Positions 9,210 to 18,053 of a stretch of DNA of 64,000 bases are shown one piece after another (position 1 is the first letter of the stretch; each line of letters starts with the position of its first letter). The stretch comes from Clostridia bacterium. Lineage in GTDB: Bacteria > Bacillota > Clostridia > Christensenellales > UBA1242. The position numbers and the translations under genes are program-made. The notes under the pieces are model-generated. The model was not told where the DNA came from. It made no database searches and was given only the letters and a program-made list of their open reading frames with translations. The stretch is taken from assembly GCA_045654505.1 (NCBI GenBank), contig JAZONM010000018.1:4581-68580 (forward strand), in the 5' to 3' direction.

Positions 9210-10386
9210 AAGTGATAATCGCTACGTTGCGTCAATTTATGGGACCACTCGCAAGCTTAAAAAAATGTACGACAAAGTCAGCAAAAGTAAATATTCTGCC
9301 AAAATCATAAAACTAAATCTAAGTTGTGCCGAAATCAATGAAAATGCTGTAAATTTCGTATTTGATGGATTAAAAGGAAGTATTGCACAATTTGTATTAG
9401 ATATCAATCAAAATGTCGATAGTCGTATGAAGTTTTCGCTCAATAATGTGACCATAGAAGAGAAAAATATAGCAAATGGAAGAATATATTTTACAGGTAT
9501 TATAGATAGTAAAAATTATATAAAAATTTTATTTTCAGACATCTCAAATCTAAATGATTTGTCAATTGAGATAATAGGTGAAGTGGCATATCAAAACAAT
9601 TTGTTTGAGTATAAAGTAGTGAGTTATTCAGATGGTATTTTATTATGCAAAACAGCCAATCAAAAAAGAATTTATCACGCAAACACTCTAGAAAACGTCA
9701 ATGAAAAAATCGCTCAAAAAAATTGCATCGAGTATGCAAAAAATTACCTCTTGGATTATGTGTATTTGCAGGGTGTAGATGGCGAGAAAAATCAAGAAAT
9801 TATGCTAGTAAATGATGGGAATATTCTTTTGCGAAATTTATCCACAAATACAACTCTGGTTATAGCAGATAAAGCAGATATGGGCTGTGTCATAGAATGT
9901 AATAATTCGTTTTGCAAAATAGCATTAGTTGTGAATGAAAAACTATGTTTTTTCGATATCGGTAATGACATGACCGTGACAAAATTGTCAAATTTTCTTC
10001 AAATAAATGAGAAAATTTTATCGATTTCTGGTATTCAGTTGTTTTCATCTTATAGAGAGGGCCTGCTTATTACTACAGACAGAAAAACGACTTACATTGT
10101 ATTTTTTAATAGTGATAATCTTCCTTTTGTCTATGACATAATCCATCATGCAAATGATGCACAAGGCACAATAATTGCCGACAAAATGTATCTTTTTGTA
10201 AAGAATTATGATAAGGCGATTAGTATATATGTCTACCAATTCTTAGAGCAAGAATTTTATAGAAAAAAGGTTATATTTCAAAAACAATATTTTAATTGTG
10301 ATGGGATGTTTGTTTTTGACGAAAAAATACATTTTATAAGCAATGGACTATGTACGGAGGAAGGACTTGAAGAGGATATGTCCTAG
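9202..10386 (+). CDS. Hypothetical beta-rich tail-associated protein
   Basis: 394 aa ORF overlapping the previous gene; no recognisable motif. Confidence 0.45.
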   Translation: MIKSDNRYVASIYGTTRKLKKMYDKVSKSKYSAKIIKLNLSCAEINENAVNFVFDGLKGSIAQFVLDINQNVDSRMKFSLNNVTIEEKNIANGRIYFTGIIDSKNYIKILFSDISNLNDLSIEIIGEVAYQNNLFEYKVVSYSDGILLCKTANQKRIYHANTLENVNEKIAQKNCIEYAKNYLLDYVYLQGVDGEKNQEIMLVNDGNILLRNLSTNTTLVIADKADMGCVIECNNSFCKIALVVNEKLCFFDIGNDMTVTKLSNFLQINEKILSISGIQLFSSYREGLLITTDRKTTYIVFFNSDNLPFVYDIIHHANDAQGTIIADKMYLFVKNYDKAISIYVYQFLEQEFYRKKVIFQKQYFNCDGMFVFDEKIHFISNGLCTEEGLEEDMS

Positions 10387-10447
10387 TCTTGGAAAAGAGA
10401 TAATAAATCAAAATCTAAAAAAATTTCAATTTAAAGGAGGAAACTCA

Positions 10448-11137
10448 ATGTTTGACTACAATCTTGATGATGCTTTTTCTTCTGCATTAAGTATAGCTGA
10501 AAATGAAGAGATGAGCATGAAAATGACAGAGCTAAACAATAAAATCGAAAATATGACATCTACCTTGATGGGTGAGAAGGAAGAGGAAGAAGCTGAGCTT
10601 GTACCTACATGGCTTGATAAAGCACTTGACCTCGAATTTCTGTCACCAGAGGATAAGGAAGAATATGAAAAATATGACTCGCTAAATAATACTCTTACTG
10701 GTCAATTAAATGGAATTTACCTTGAAATCGAACGTCTAAACAATGATAGACTAAGAGCATTGAAAGACTTTGATATTCCGACTGTTGTGGAGATTGACAC
10801 AAAACTCCAACAACTTTCAAAAGATTATAAAGAGAAATATGCGTCAGCAGAAGATGCAAGGAAAGAAATTATGTCCAAGAAAAACGAATGGGAGATAAGT
10901 CTTGATGATTTATCAAATAGCCTTAAGGGCGAGACTTGGGACATAAAAAAATCTTTTGATGCAAGTAAATACCAAAAAAGTGTCGTAAAAGAGTACAAGA
11001 AAAACAAAACCTTTGAAATGGTCAAAGATTTTGTTGAGGCTTTTCCAGCGGATAAAAGAAAAGATGTACTCAGAAATCCCCGCATTAAAGAAATGCTAGA
11101 TGGCGACTACAATAAGTTGGTCGCTGAGTATATGTAA
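10448..11137 (+). CDS. Coiled-coil hypothetical protein (possible ejection/internal protein)
   Basis: Start reassigned to ATG 10448 after AAAGGAGG; charged helical sequence. Confidence 0.5.
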   Translation: MFDYNLDDAFSSALSIAENEEMSMKMTELNNKIENMTSTLMGEKEEEEAELVPTWLDKALDLEFLSPEDKEEYEKYDSLNNTLTGQLNGIYLEIERLNNDRLRALKDFDIPTVVEIDTKLQQLSKDYKEKYASAEDARKEIMSKKNEWEISLDDLSNSLKGETWDIKKSFDASKYQKSVVKEYKKNKTFEMVKDFVEAFPADKRKDVLRNPRIKEMLDGDYNKLVAEYM

Positions 11138-11138
11138 A

Positions 11139-11378
11139 ATGTGGGATAAGATAATAAATCTTGCATTGAGCAACGGAATTTGGGCAGTCTTATTTCTAAT
11201 GCTTTTGGTGTTTCAATTGAAAGATAGTAAAACTCGAGAAAACAAATACCAACAAACAATAGAAAATCTGGGCAATGCCCTTCAAGTGGTAAAGGAAGTG
11301 AAGGAAGACGTAGAGGAAATTAAGCAAACACTAAATACAAGAAGGAGAAAAGTAAAGGATGAAGAAAGTATTGAGTAA
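11139..11378 (+). CDS. BhlA/UviB-family holin-like protein
   Basis: MWDKIINLALSNGIWAVLFLMLL...RENKYQQTIENL, typical of BhlA/UviB; ATG 11139 just after preceding stop. Confidence 0.8.
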   Translation: MWDKIINLALSNGIWAVLFLMLLVFQLKDSKTRENKYQQTIENLGNALQVVKEVKEDVEEIKQTLNTRRRKVKDEESIE

Positions 11379-11667
11379 ATTTAAAAAGTATTCATTTTGG
11401 ATTGCTTTTACCGGAGTCGTAGTTATATTTATAAAAAACATTGCCGAGCTTTTTGGTATTGAGATAGATACCGGAGCTATAGAGAATGTGATAATGTCGT
11501 TATGTGGAGTGTTGGTCGTACTAGGTCTGGTGATTAAAGAGGACGAATCTGCAAAGGCTGAGGAAAACAATCTCTTTGAGTCAGGCAATAATGATGTAAA
11601 TGATAATTGTGAGACATCTACACCTTCAGAAAAAACAAATAATGATGACTCAAGTATAGAAAAATAA
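11359..11667 (+). CDS. Phage holin-like two-TM protein
   Basis: KFKKYSFWIAF motif, two TM helices, acidic tail. Confidence 0.6.
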   Translation: MKKVLSKFKKYSFWIAFTGVVVIFIKNIAELFGIEIDTGAIENVIMSLCGVLVVLGLVIKEDESAKAEENNLFESGNNDVNDNCETSTPSEKTNNDDSSIEK

Positions 11668-11746
11668 CCATTCTTCCAAATAATATTTTTCAATAAAAAA
11701 CTTTTAATTTTGAATATGTTTTGCTATAATACATGAAAGGTGAGTT

Positions 11747-12697
11747 ATGTTATACAAAAATACATTCAAAATTTTATTTTCAAATGGCGGACTTATTTGG
11801 CGCGTATTGCTATTTTTGGTTTGCGCTTTAGGGGTCTTGATTGGTCTTGGTTCATTGATACTAATGCCAATCCACAAGGTGCTAGTCGGAGCCGGTTTTT
11901 TTGTCATGATAAGTGATGCTTATTATGATTTTCTTAATGCTGTCAATCTAAAACAATTGTTTGTCGATATTGGCGATATTGTTGAGAGTTTTTTTGCAAT
12001 AATTGTGGATAATATTGGTCAACTTTTACCATACATAATTATTTTTGTTTTCTTTGTTGTTTTTGTATGTACGCTTATTACTCGTTTTTATACAATGAGC
12101 ACTACAATATGTGTTAATTATTATATGAACAGTAATACTAAAGTAAAAATGTCCAACAATATTTTCGCATCGTTTGGAAAAAATATTAAGTATTTGCTTG
12201 CTTATGCTGTAACAGTACTACCAATAAATCTAATCATTTATGGTATTGTGTTCTTTATGTTGGGATTATTTGAGTTGGACGGATTGTTGTTTGCTTTTGC
12301 ACCATTTTTGATTATTCTTACATACACACTACTTGCATCGCTTAAGACAACCTTGTTTGGTGGTTGGTTGCCAGCGATTGTGTGTGGAAATAAAGGTGCT
12401 TTTGCATCAATGAAAAAAGGATTTGTTGTGCCAAAACGTAGATTTTGGCAAACATTCGGCAATTCATTTGCACTTTACCTTACTATTATATTCCTAAATT
12501 TCTTTGTAGGACTTTTAACTTTTGGTGTAGGACTTTCAATAACAATCCCAGCTACTTGTGTGACTGTTTGTATTTTTGGACTTGTAAGCTTCTATATGGC
12601 TACCGGTCAAAAATATTATGTCGATAGTTATAATGTAATAGCTCCTAAGACCAAAGAATTGACAGACAAATTTGAAAATCATAAATATATTGTTTAG
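11747..12697 (+). CDS. Multi-pass membrane protein of unknown function
   Basis: About 6 hydrophobic segments; own TGnTATAAT element upstream; terminator downstream. Confidence 0.7.
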   Translation: MLYKNTFKILFSNGGLIWRVLLFLVCALGVLIGLGSLILMPIHKVLVGAGFFVMISDAYYDFLNAVNLKQLFVDIGDIVESFFAIIVDNIGQLLPYIIIFVFFVVFVCTLITRFYTMSTTICVNYYMNSNTKVKMSNNIFASFGKNIKYLLAYAVTVLPINLIIYGIVFFMLGLFELDGLLFAFAPFLIILTYTLLASLKTTLFGGWLPAIVCGNKGAFASMKKGFVVPKRRFWQTFGNSFALYLTIIFLNFFVGLLTFGVGLSITIPATCVTVCIFGLVSFYMATGQKYYVDSYNVIAPKTKELTDKFENHKYIV

Positions 12698-12706
12698 TTT
12701 TTAATG

Positions 12707-12733
12707 AGACACTCCTCGTGAGTGTCTTTTTTT
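12707..12733 (+). terminator. Intrinsic terminator
   Basis: AGACACTC-ctcgt-GAGTGTCT followed by poly-T. Confidence 0.75.
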
Positions 12734-12763
12734 GTCGATTGATTTAAAATTATATAAAAGGGC

Positions 12764-12792
12764 TTGCAAATACTTAAAAAATAGGGTATTAT
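12764..12792 (+). promoter_or_regulatory. SigA-type promoter of rnj operon
   Basis: TTGCAA-17 bp-TATTAT. Confidence 0.55.
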
Positions 12793-12982
12793 TATTAAAA
12801 CACATCAGCGAGGGGTTGTGGGCTTAAAACCTCGTTGTCATTATATTCAAATAGCACACTTGGTGTTTTTTCGTTGTTTTGATGCGGTCAAAACGCTTTG
12901 TTGTGTCTAAATTTTATGTGTTATTAGCATAATGTGGCAATCACATTAGTGTTTTTATTATTAAATATTTTAAGGAGAAATT

Positions 12983-14653
12983 ATGAACAAACGAACTACA
13001 CAAAATTTAAAACTATCTTTTTTAGGCGGTGTAGGTGAAGTAGGTAAAAACTTGATGTGCCTTGAGTACGGTAATGATATGATTCTTATTGACTCAGGAC
13101 TTGCATTTCCTTCAGATGATATGATGGGTGTTGACCTAGTAATCCCTGATGTGACATACCTTATCAACAACCGCCAAAAAATAAAGGGCATAGTCCTTAC
13201 ACACGGACATGAGGACCATATAGGAGCGCTTCCATATATTTTACAAGACATCAGTGCTCCTGTATACGGAAGTCGTCTTACTTGTGCCCTTGTAGAAAAC
13301 AAACTTCGCGAGCACAAAAAAATCAATTGCAAACCTATCGTTGTAAAACCAAAACAAGTTGTCAAAATGGGTTGTTTTTCAGTTGAGTTTGTAAAAGTGA
13401 CACATAGTATTGCAGGGGCATATGGTCTTGCAATAACTACACCTGTCGGTGTATACTTCCACACTGGTGACTTCAAGATTGACTTGACACCAATTGACGG
13501 TGACGCGATGGATATGGCTCGTCTTAGCGAAATTAGTAAGCAAGGAGTTCTTCTTATGACAAGTGACTCTACCAATGCTGAGAGGCCGGGCTTTAGTATG
13601 AGTGAAAGAAAGGTAGGCGCGAGCATTGACAGTCTATTTGCACAAAATAAAGAAAAACGCGTGATAATCGCGACTTTTGCATCAAATATTCACCGTATCC
13701 AACAAATACTTGATATTTGTAAAAAGTACGATCGTAAGGTGGTGTTTACAGGAAGAAGCATGCTTAATGTGTGCGAAACAGCAAGCAAAATCGGCGAATT
13801 ACGTTTTGACCGTAGCATTCTTGGTGACCTAAACAATGTTGACAAGATGGCAGACGAACATACATGTATTATATGTACTGGTTCGCAAGGTGAGCCAAAC
13901 AGTGCATTGTCTCGTATGGCAGACGGTCAATTTCCAAAAATCGAAATCAATAATAATGACGTAATAATTTTCTCGTCATCAGCAATTCCAGGCAATGAAA
14001 CAAATATCAATATTGTTATCAACCAACTTTATCGTAAAGGCGCGACAGTAGTCCATGACCGTGACGCAGATGTTCATACATCTGGACACGCATATCAAGA
14101 AGAACAAAAGATAATGTTGTCTCTATTAAAGCCAAAATTCTTTGTTCCTTGCCATGGAGAATACAGACATCTTCGTGCTCATTCATTGTCAGCACAAGCA
14201 CTTGGTATTCCTGAGCGAAACATTGTACTTGCTGACCTTGGTGACCAAATTAGCATAAGCCGTAATGCAATTAAGAAAACAGGCACAGTACCTGCAGGAA
14301 TTCGCCTAGTAGACGGATTTGAAGTGACAGAAGCGGGCGGTGCAGTACAAAGAGATAGAGCCCTTCTTGCAGAAGAGGGGGTTGTGATGGCGATAATCAC
14401 AATCTCAGCAGCCAGCGGTCGTCTTACATCAAAACCTGACCTTATATCTCGTGGTTTTGTCTATATACAAGGCAATGAAGACCTATTTGATGAGGCGAGG
14501 GATATAATGCTAAACTCAATTATTAGTACCAATTTCAAAACTCAAGATTGGGCACAAATCAAGCAAAATTTGAAAAAGGTGCTTACAAATTATTTCTATA
14601 AAAGAATCCGTCGTAGACCAATGATAGTACCTGTTATTATCGAGACAGAATAG
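12983..14653 (+). CDS. rnj: Ribonuclease J
   Basis: LGGVGEVGKN, THGHEDHIG metallo-beta-lactamase motif, TGSQGEP, HTSGHA. Confidence 0.96.
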   Translation: MNKRTTQNLKLSFLGGVGEVGKNLMCLEYGNDMILIDSGLAFPSDDMMGVDLVIPDVTYLINNRQKIKGIVLTHGHEDHIGALPYILQDISAPVYGSRLTCALVENKLREHKKINCKPIVVKPKQVVKMGCFSVEFVKVTHSIAGAYGLAITTPVGVYFHTGDFKIDLTPIDGDAMDMARLSEISKQGVLLMTSDSTNAERPGFSMSERKVGASIDSLFAQNKEKRVIIATFASNIHRIQQILDICKKYDRKVVFTGRSMLNVCETASKIGELRFDRSILGDLNNVDKMADEHTCIICTGSQGEPNSALSRMADGQFPKIEINNNDVIIFSSSAIPGNETNINIVINQLYRKGATVVHDRDADVHTSGHAYQEEQKIMLSLLKPKFFVPCHGEYRHLRAHSLSAQALGIPERNIVLADLGDQISISRNAIKKTGTVPAGIRLVDGFEVTEAGGAVQRDRALLAEEGVVMAIITISAASGRLTSKPDLISRGFVYIQGNEDLFDEARDIMLNSIISTNFKTQDWAQIKQNLKKVLTNYFYKRIRRRPMIVPVIIETE

Positions 14654-14662
14654 GAGATAGAT

Positions 14663-15256
14663 TTGAAAAATATTGAAGAATTGGAAAAATACGCACATGA
14701 AAATTTTGTACCAATTATCCGCCCAAACACACTTGACCACCTAGTTTTGCATGTGCAAAAATATAAGCCGCACAACATACTTGAAATAGGTACAGCAATC
14801 GGTTATAGCGGTATAAAGATGCTAATGAATGGAGATATTGACTCAAAGCTAACAACAATCGAGAAAAACGAAAAGTCATTTGAGATTGCAAAACAAAACT
14901 TTGCACAATTTGGCATGACAGAAAGAGCAGAGTGTATCCTAGGTGATGCAAAAGAGGTATTGCCAAGACTTGTGCAAGAAAACAGAAAATTCGATATGAT
15001 TTTTCTTGATGGCCCTAAAGGTCAGTATATCTATTATCTTCCTTATCTAAAACAACTTCTGACTAAAGATGGCAGTATATTTGCAGACAATGTGCTGTTT
15101 CGCGGTATGGTACAAAGCACTGAATTTATCCCACATCGCAATCGCACAATAGTGGTCAATCTTCGCAAATATCTCGATGAGGTCAATAAAGCACCATTTA
15201 CTAGCACGATATATGATATTGAAGATGGTTTTTGCATATCAGTATCAAAAAAATAA
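14663..15256 (+). CDS. trmR: SAM-dependent O-methyltransferase (YrrM/TrmR-like)
   Basis: LEIGTAIGYS, FDMIFLDG.KGQY, ADNVLF; adjacent to U32 gene. Confidence 0.8.
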   Translation: MKNIEELEKYAHENFVPIIRPNTLDHLVLHVQKYKPHNILEIGTAIGYSGIKMLMNGDIDSKLTTIEKNEKSFEIAKQNFAQFGMTERAECILGDAKEVLPRLVQENRKFDMIFLDGPKGQYIYYLPYLKQLLTKDGSIFADNVLFRGMVQSTEFIPHRNRTIVVNLRKYLDEVNKAPFTSTIYDIEDGFCISVSKK

Positions 15257-15277
15257 AAAACACAAGAAAGGTGAAAT

Positions 15278-16510
15278 ATGTTGGAAATACTATCCCCAGC
15301 AGGGAATATGGAAAAATTAAAAACAGCCGTTTACTTTGGAGCAGACGCCTGTTATTTTGCGGGTAAACAATTTGGGCTTCGTGCCTTCAGTGACAATTTT
15401 GATGATGCCGAATTAAAAGAGTCGGTGGATTATTTGCACGCCAATGGCAAAAAAGCATATATTACACTTAATATTCTAGCACACAATGGCGATTTCACTG
15501 GACTTAAGGAGTATCTTCAATATCTGCAAGAAATCAAAGTCGACGCAGTAATAGTAAGTGATTTTGGTATAATGCAATTTGTAAGGGAAAACGCACCGAA
15601 TATTCCAATCCATGTTTCTACACAGGCGAATATAACAAATAAGTATTCTGCAAAAGCTTACTGTGATATGGGCGCGACACGACTTATCCTTGCTCGCGAA
15701 TTGTCAGTTGCTGAAATTAAGGAGATACGCGAATATATACCTAAAGAAGTAGAAATCGAGTGTTTTGTGCATGGAGCTATGTGTATTTCTTACTCGGGCA
15801 GATGTCTTCTTTCCAATTATCTTACTGGACGCGATAGTAATCGCGGTGCGTGTGTTCAAGCGTGTCGTTGGGAGTATACTATATGTGAGAAGGCTCGTTT
15901 TGATGAAGCAAAAGCCAAGGGGGTAGAGCCAAATACATACGAGATTCAAGAAGACAATCATGGCACATATATCCTAAACTCTAAGGATATGAATATGATT
16001 GCGCATCTTAAAGATTTAGTAGATGCAGGTGTTACTTCATTCAAAATTGAGGGTAGGATGAAAAGCCCGTATTATGTAGCGACAATTACAAATGCTTATC
16101 GTAGAGCACTTGACCTACTTGCTCAAGGTAAAGAGGTAGGGCAAGACCTTATTGATGAGTGTTTTAAAACAAGCCATCGCCACTACACAACTGGTTTTTA
16201 TTACGGCTCAAAAGATAAAGAATTTTTAGAGAGTAGTACTCCATTCCAGACTCATGAGTTTGTAGCCATTGTTACTGAAAATACAAATAATGGTTTTGCC
16301 AAAATCGAAATGCGAAATCGTTTTGAGATAGGTGACCAATTGGAAATTTTGGCACCAAACGATACTTTTAATAAAGTGATTACAATCACCAAGATTTTTG
16401 ACGATAAGGGTGACGAAATAACTATCGCTAATAAAGTCCAACAAATCCTTTCAATCTCCACACCTTACAACTTGAAAAATGGCGACATATTACGTCGTAA
16501 AATTAAGTGA
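15278..16510 (+). CDS. U32-family protein (TrhP/YrrO-like tRNA hydroxylation)
   Basis: LSPAG, HGAMCISYSGRCLLS, NRGACVQACR, KIEGRMKS. Confidence 0.9.
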   Translation: MLEILSPAGNMEKLKTAVYFGADACYFAGKQFGLRAFSDNFDDAELKESVDYLHANGKKAYITLNILAHNGDFTGLKEYLQYLQEIKVDAVIVSDFGIMQFVRENAPNIPIHVSTQANITNKYSAKAYCDMGATRLILARELSVAEIKEIREYIPKEVEIECFVHGAMCISYSGRCLLSNYLTGRDSNRGACVQACRWEYTICEKARFDEAKAKGVEPNTYEIQEDNHGTYILNSKDMNMIAHLKDLVDAGVTSFKIEGRMKSPYYVATITNAYRRALDLLAQGKEVGQDLIDECFKTSHRHYTTGFYYGSKDKEFLESSTPFQTHEFVAIVTENTNNGFAKIEMRNRFEIGDQLEILAPNDTFNKVITITKIFDDKGDEITIANKVQQILSISTPYNLKNGDILRRKIK

Positions 16511-16650
16511 TTTTATAGCTTCAAAATTAAATAATGTAAATTTACATTTGAGTTTGTGATTGAATATTTTGTAGAATATGATTCTTAAAAAAGTAAAGGA
16601 ATGCTATATTTAGCATTTCTTTTTTTGTTTTTTTATGACAAAACTTTCTG

Positions 16651-16680
16651 TCAATATTCGCCATGCTTCGACATATAAAT
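16651..16680 (+). promoter_or_regulatory. SigE/SigK-type promoter of sigK with overlapping reverse Spo0A box
   Basis: ATA-~15 bp-CATATAAAT; TTCGACA at 16667-16673. Confidence 0.5.
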
Positions 16681-16700
16681 AGTGTAGAAGGCAGGTAGAT

Positions 16701-17399
16701 ATGATATTTGAAAGTTTTGGTGCTTTTTTACAAAAGGTAATGATTTTTTCCGCCTATATCAATAAAAATTCTTCTTTTCCAAAACCGCTCACGGCAGAAC
16801 AAGAGAAAGAGTATTTGGACAGATTTCAGGCTGGGGATATATCGGCAAAAGAGGTACTTATCCAACATAATCTAAGACTTGTTGTACATATAGTGAAGAA
16901 ATATAATGGTACTGAAGAAGCTGATGACCTTATAAGTGCTGGAAGTCTGGGACTAATAAAGGCAATAAATACATATCAGACGGGACATGGGACGCAGTTT
17001 AGTACTTATGCTGCGCGCTGTATCGAAAATGAGATACTTATGCTTCTTAGGGTAAATAAAAAACACAAAAATACCGTATCTATTGAGGAGACGCTTTGTA
17101 GTGACGGGGAGGACAATGATTTAAGCATAATCGATTTGGCTTTTGAGCCTGAAAATGACCTTAATGATGAGGTGAGTAAGGTTATGTTGTGCGAAGCTCT
17201 GACAGAAATATTAAAAAAGTATCTGACACCTCGCGAATATCAAATACTCTCTATGAGGTACGGACTTAATGATACACCAGCACTTACACAGCGTGAAGTA
17301 GCAAAACACCTAGGAATAAGTAGAAGTTATATTAGTCGTATCGAGAAAAAAGCGCTCGAAACTCTACGCAATCATCTCAATAAAGACGATTATATGTAG
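16701..17399 (+). CDS. sigK: Pro-sigma-K sporulation sigma factor (uninterrupted)
   Basis: Hydrophobic pro-sequence then YINKNSSFPKPL; HNLRLVVHIVKKY; YAARCIENEILM; TQREVAKHLGISRSYISRIEKKAL. Confidence 0.9.
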   Translation: MIFESFGAFLQKVMIFSAYINKNSSFPKPLTAEQEKEYLDRFQAGDISAKEVLIQHNLRLVVHIVKKYNGTEEADDLISAGSLGLIKAINTYQTGHGTQFSTYAARCIENEILMLLRVNKKHKNTVSIEETLCSDGEDNDLSIIDLAFEPENDLNDEVSKVMLCEALTEILKKYLTPREYQILSMRYGLNDTPALTQREVAKHLGISRSYISRIEKKALETLRNHLNKDDYM

Positions 17400-17517
17400 G
17401 CTTAATTGTGTATAGTAGCTATATTATGCTACGCCTTAAGTTGTTGTGGAATATGCAGCAATATTATTAAGATAATAAGACACTTGCAAAAAATAAAGGA
17501 ATATGATATACTATACA

Positions 17518-17848
17518 TACAGATAGACAGACGGTCGCAAGGTGAAAACCTTGAGGAAAGTCGGAGCATCACAGAGCAGAGTGCCAGCTAACGGCTGGTG
17601 GAGGCGACTCCAAGGAAAGTGCAACAGAAATATACCGCCCGCTTATGTGGGTAAGGGTGGAAAGGCGAGGTAAGAGCTCACCACAAATTATGGCAACATA
17701 GTTTGGCTGTAAACCCCACTTGATGCAAGATAGAAGGGCGTTTTGACCTTGCTCGGTAGTCCTTCGTTACATCGCTTGAGCTTGTAGGCGACTGCAAGCC
17801 TAGATAGATGGCCGTCCAATACAGAACTCCGCTTATGGCTATTCTGTG
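17518..17848 (+). ncRNA. rnpB: RNase P RNA
   Basis: GAGGAAAGTC, GGAAAGTGCAACAG, TAGATAGATG...ACAGAAC..GCTTA conserved blocks; TTGCAA/TATACT promoter upstream and terminator downstream; ends approximate. Confidence 0.93.
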
Positions 17849-18053
17849 TATAAAACCACTCTTTTATGGGTGGTTTTTTATTTGCCCTAATTGTATCGAT
17901 TTGCTTGAGTCGAGAAGTATTGAAATGATACAAAATACATAAAAATATCTTCAATATAAAGGTCAGAAATAAGAAAAACAATAAACTATATTATAAATAA
18001 AGTCTTTCAATAATCTTTGCTTTGTGTTATACTAATCGAAATAGGTGAAAGTC

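Noticed and set aside
924-11667. Complete or inducible prophage
   Set aside because: No integrase, repressor, replication genes, endolysin or att repeats within the window; cannot be fully excluded to the left of it
17406-17981. Short ORFs 17406-17591 and 17688-17981
   Set aside because: Overlap the RNase P RNA gene and its flanks
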